Source of the DNA: Podarcis muralis
Lineage: Eukaryota
Direction of reading: 5' to 3'
Length of the DNA stretch: 64,000 nucleotides
Assembly (NCBI RefSeq): GCF_964188315.1
Contig: NC_135659.1
Coordinates: forward strand, 80,662,001 to 80,726,000
This document shows, one piece after another, positions 59,601-64,000 of this stretch (within the stretch, counting starts at the first letter, position 1; each line of letters begins with the position of its first letter). The translations under genes were made by a program, and so were the position numbers. The notes below the pieces were generated by a model. That model was not told the DNA's origin. It was given only the letters and a program-made list of their open reading frames with translations, and did not search any database.

Positions 59601-59820
59601 CAGTCGTCCCTTGGTTCTCGAGTGGAATCCGTTCCAGAAGTCCGTTCAACTTCTGAAAATGTTCAAAAACCCAATCGCAGCTTCTCAGCCAATCGGAAGC
59701 CCCGTCGGACATTTGGGTTCCAAAGAACGTTTGCAAACCGGAACACTCACTTCCAGGTTGGTGGTGTTCGGGAGCCAAAACGTTCGAGTTGCAAGGCATT
59801 CGCAAACCAAGGTATGACTG
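59601..59820 (+). mobile_element. Tc1/mariner (Tigger-like) MITE, distinct subfamily
   Basis: TA-CAGTCGTCCCTTGGTT...AACCAAGGTATGACTG-TA. Confidence 0.85.
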
Positions 59821-62800
59821 TATATCTATTTGCAGGTATTCAGCTCCTAAGCATTGTAGGATTAAACTGGTGGACCAAATGCATGAAAAGATTAATGACA
59901 CATATGTTTACAGGATGTAATGAGCTTTTATCAGTTCTCACAATTATATTTATTTTAAAAATACCTAATTATAATCAAAAATAGGAGAAGATTATTTTTT
60001 ACGAAAGTACCTTTTTTAAATTATAAGACTTAAAAATGCTTGCTTAATGCTGTTATTCAGGGCTGCTAATCATAAGTACCCAAGCTGCACATTTTTGCAA
60101 AGTTCAAAGATATTATCACATACCATGGTTTAAGCTTCCTGCTTTCAGTAACACTAGATAGAAGGTTTATCACCAGAACATGTTCATGTATTTCTTGGAA
60201 TAGTTTTTCAAAAGCTAACTTTTTCAAAACTTGTTGATGACTAAATAAAAATCATGTGGGGAAGGGAGAGCTGCTGACTTGTTTAGTTCTGCAGTGATAT
60301 TTCAGCTGCTGTCTTGGCAGGCAGAGAGACTTTTGCTGTTGTGGGTGAAGCAATTGCCTGGGACAGAGACTTTGACCAAACTGCAAGGGGCCCTGTTGCA
60401 TGGGTGTAGCTACACTACCACAGTCACTGTCTTTGGACACATTCATGCCATACATTTAAAGCACATGGCTCCCCCAAAGAATTCCAAGAACTACAGTTTG
60501 TTATGAGTGCTGAGAATTGTAGCTGTGTGAGGGGTAAACTTTCAGGGTTCTTTGGGAGAAACATGTAATTTAGCTCTATGGGATGGATGTCCTCCTGTTC
60601 CTTGCTCTCCACCCCCCATACAACTTCACATCTGTATTCATACTGTTGTCACATCATTTTTGTCCTGCACAGTATTGAAGTAAAAGCATGTGGGTTTTGT
60701 AGCAGTAAGTATCTACTCTTAAAGGAACTAAGCAACCAGCACTGAACCGAAGTCAGCAGTAGCTGGTGGAAGTCAGGTATTACTTTTATCTGAAGTGAGC
60801 TGGTTGGTTGAATTGTTAGTTGAAACTGAATTGCCACCAACTCTGGAGGTGGAAATGGCTTCAGCAACCACAGGAGCCTCTTTATGAACTTGCTGAACAT
60901 GTGTTGAAGTGTCCATTTCCCTAGGGAGCCTGGATGGTTGATTGAACTGGGCAGCATTATGAAATTATCAGGCCCTAAGTATGAGGGTTCTGCAAAGATA
61001 AAGCTTTTTCTGAGAAAGCTGAGACGAACCAACGTATTATGAGGTGTTCACTTTTTTATAAAGCTTAATGGGGAAAAGGTGAGCTTTCTGGACTGTGCAG
61101 CTAGGAAAAAAAGAATTAACCTTCCCTTTGCAGCTGCAATCTCCAGGAAGATCACTGCCCCACCCTTCAACAAGAGAAAACTCTTTCCAAGTCTAATTGC
61201 AGCAGCAGAGGGGAAATTTTGGGAGTGCTGTCTAGCTGGGAAGGGAGTGGTAACCCTTACCTTCCAAGCTGCAACTGCCTGCTATCACCCCACCTCCATT
61301 GTAATAAGGCTTTCAAAAGGCTTATCTGAAGCCTAATCCTGGTGCTGGCTCTCTGCAGCTGTTAAACTTCACACACCAAAAAATGGCCCTTTGCACTGCA
61401 AGTAAACTTGGGCGCAAAGGCATTCTGTGGTTCACAGCAGAAGTCTTCTTTCAAACCTAATTTTAGTGGGGGAAGGGCCATGGGTGGGGAGGGAGACCCA
61501 GAACGTATCAAGAAAAACCTTTGCTGGTGCAGCATAGCAATCAGTAGGTTATGCCATTATGTTATTTGGGGGTTCTCCCTCACCCTGAATCTTTCTGGAA
61601 TCCTTGAGCTTCCTGACAACAATAGTAGTGTTGCCATTGTGAAGTTTGGGGAAAAATTGTTGTCAGCTTTAAAAAGCTTAATTGCTTGAACCAGATTTAT
61701 TTTTAATTTTTTAAAATAATCCAAACAAATGGGGGGGGGGGGGACTCTGAATGAGATCAGTTGAAGAATCTGTGGCTATACTAGTACAACAGGCTATACT
61801 AGTACAACATTGTTCTGAGATTAATGAGTCAGAATGTGCTCTTTTAAAACCTGATTCACTTATTAAAAAAGAGGACAAAAGAGGAAGTTCATGCAAATTG
61901 CAGTGCCTTAGTAATACTAAAAACGTCATACTTAGAAGATCTGCAAATTTTTCTGGGGCACTTTAAAATATTTCCTTTGGGATGTGAATGGAACTACCAA
62001 ACTAAGCTGATACTCTGACAGGAATAGCCTTTTTTGTTTTGTTTTTATGATGCAAGTTGTGTGTTTTTAGTTAATTTTATGTCCTGTTTTCATCAAGACC
62101 TTGAGTGATGCCAGTTCTGAAAGTGTTAGAGTGATGTGGTCTGTCTTAAGGATGAAAGGGATAGTTATTGCAGCAAGGAACTGACATACTGCTGCTCTGA
62201 AACTGAATACCAGAGGTGTGTGTTTGGAACATCTCCCTTTTAAGGGGAAATATTTTCATGGCTGGTCAGCTAATAGATAAATGCTCTTATATCTGCATCA
62301 GCTAGTTTGTGAAAAAAACTGTCAGGAATAATGCTTTGCAAGAACTAATGTCATTTGGAAAGGCAGTGTAGCTGTGAAAATAATCAAATTTTCATAAGGC
62401 AGCTTTTATTATATTACTTAGCATATTACATTATCGGTGTTTGCAGTGTGCAGCTTTTGTCATAGTGCATGTGTTAAATGTACAAAGCAATTGTATGCCA
62501 AATTTGTTAAAATTGTAGATAAGTCATTGTGTGCCTTGTTTTATTAGTTGTAAAAGCTGTAATTGGAATATTTCTCAGATTCATGTGGCCCCATTAACTT
62601 AAACCTTAGTTTTTAATAGTTTTAACATTCAAAGGCAAGGGAAATATGAAAAATGGCAGTATCAAAATAAATTATCCCACATGCTTAGGATTTGTTATCA
62701 CTTCTTTTAGTCCCTCCTCATTACGCCTCCCCCTCACTAATAACCACTTCGTTGGGCAAAATCCTGTCCTCCCATCACACCATTCACCCTTAATTCCAAT

Positions 62801-63498
62801 ATTGCAATAGTTCAGTATGGGAATATTACAGCAAAATTACCCTCTCAAAATACTCCTTTCTTCTTGAAAGCTTTGAGTAAGGTATGCTCCCACTTACCCA
62901 TCAGTTGATGGGTGGGAACACACCTTCAAATGCTCCCCATTTCTTCAATCTACAGTGGTTTGAAGGAGTTGAAGATGTGTAGCTCAATCAAAGAAAAATC
63001 TGGGAGCTTTAAGCTCCTGATTGTTCCTTTGAAGTCTCACCCTTACTTACCCTAAAGTGGACAACAGCTAAGATTTTATCTCAAGTATATCTTAAATTTA
63101 AGTTAACACTTCTCTTAACATGTATAGTGTGACCTGCTCCTTTTTAACTACAAGTGACAGGGTTATAAAGACAATAATCAGTTTTTACACTTTCCTAGAT
63201 ACAGTTACCTTAATTTCATTGGGTAAATTGATAAAATAATTGGTTTTAAAAACACATTTAAAAACTCCTTTAAAAAGCTCCTTAAAACATGATTATAAAA
63301 TTGTGTTGTCTGTGAGGCTCCGGGGCCAGCTGCCTCACCTATCGCTATGTTTCGTCTACTCTCTAGCCGATTCCTTTGTGTAAATTATTAAACTAAAATG
63401 TCAAAAACCATATTGTATATTAGATGTATTGTATAACTTTTACACAGTTAATGAATCATGTCCAATTTCGCTAATCCGCCCCCATTTTATAGTATATA

Positions 63499-63859
63499 AA
63501 GGTAAAGGTAAAGGTACCCCTGCCCGTACGGGCCAGTCTTGACAGACTCTGGGGTTGTGCGCCCATCTCACTCAAGAGGCCGGGAGCCAGCGCTGTCCGC
63601 AGACACTTCCGGGTCACGTGGCCAGCGTGACAAGCTGCATCTGGTGAGCCAGCGCAGCACACGGAACGCTGTTTACCTTCCCGCTGGTAAGCGGTCCCTA
63701 TTTATCTACTTGCACCCGGAGGTGCTTTCGAACTGCTAGGTTGGCAGGCGCTGGGACCGAACGGCGGGAGTGCACCCCACCGCGGGGATTCGAACCACCG
63801 ACCTTCTGATCGGCAAGTCCTAGGCTCTGTGGTTTAACCCACAGCGCCACCCGCGTCCC
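63499..63859 (-). mobile_element. Full-length young Sauria SINE (361 bp)
   Basis: Starts GGGACGCGGGTGGCGCTGTGG with B box GGTTCGAATCCC and ends (ACCTTT)n; 14-bp TSD TTTTATAGTATATA (63485-98 and 63860-73). Confidence 0.97.
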
Positions 63860-64000
63860 TTTTATAGTATATACCTAAGAGTATATTCCCACATTGAACT
63901 TGAAAGACAGTGAAGAGGATCCAGCAGATTTTCAAATTTGGCATAGAGATTTGGTTTTCTTTGTGCAAAATTGGGGTTTGAAACATTTTATATCATGCCT

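Noticed and set aside
60649-61032. 127-aa minus-strand ORF
   Set aside because: No homology recognised, antisense to the presumed host gene, and no supporting promoter or splice signals.

Overview
Vertebrate genomic DNA, most likely from a squamate reptile and probably a lacertid lizard. This is inferred from the repeat content: Sauria SINE, BovB/RTE ends, L2, a CR1-tailed tRNA SINE, Penelope terminal repeats and hAT/Tc-mariner MITEs. No host protein-coding exon could be identified and no gene symbol is assigned. There are two CpG-island promoters about 4 kb apart. One at ~2.8-3.5 kb probably drives a minus-strand gene leaving the window to the left. The other at ~7.0-8.5 kb drives a plus-strand gene; it has two ZNF143/THAP11-type ACTACAnnTCCCAG motifs, a YY1 site and several GT(A/G)AGT donors. 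The remaining ~56 kb reads as that gene's 5' introns with a few small candidate non-coding or uORF exons, the best at 55557-55605 and 35378/35426-35524. Most long ORFs in the track are transposon-derived or GC-rich artefacts. Recognisable protein homologies are an uninterrupted 533-aa L2 reverse transcriptase, a degraded Tigger/pogo transposase, Gypsy gag-pro, L1 ORF1p and RTE ends. Highlights: (i) minimal hammerhead ribozymes in Penelope inverted repeats; (ii) a TA-inserting MITE family whose conserved ends enclose unrelated, hairpin-built, ABAB higher-order minisatellites; (iii) hAT and mariner MITEs carrying ZNF143/THAP11 and NRF1 motifs that also occur in the local promoters; (iv) a possible spliced uORF in the long 5' leader. 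I see no clear evidence of an entirely new biological system; the findings are leads, not discoveries.
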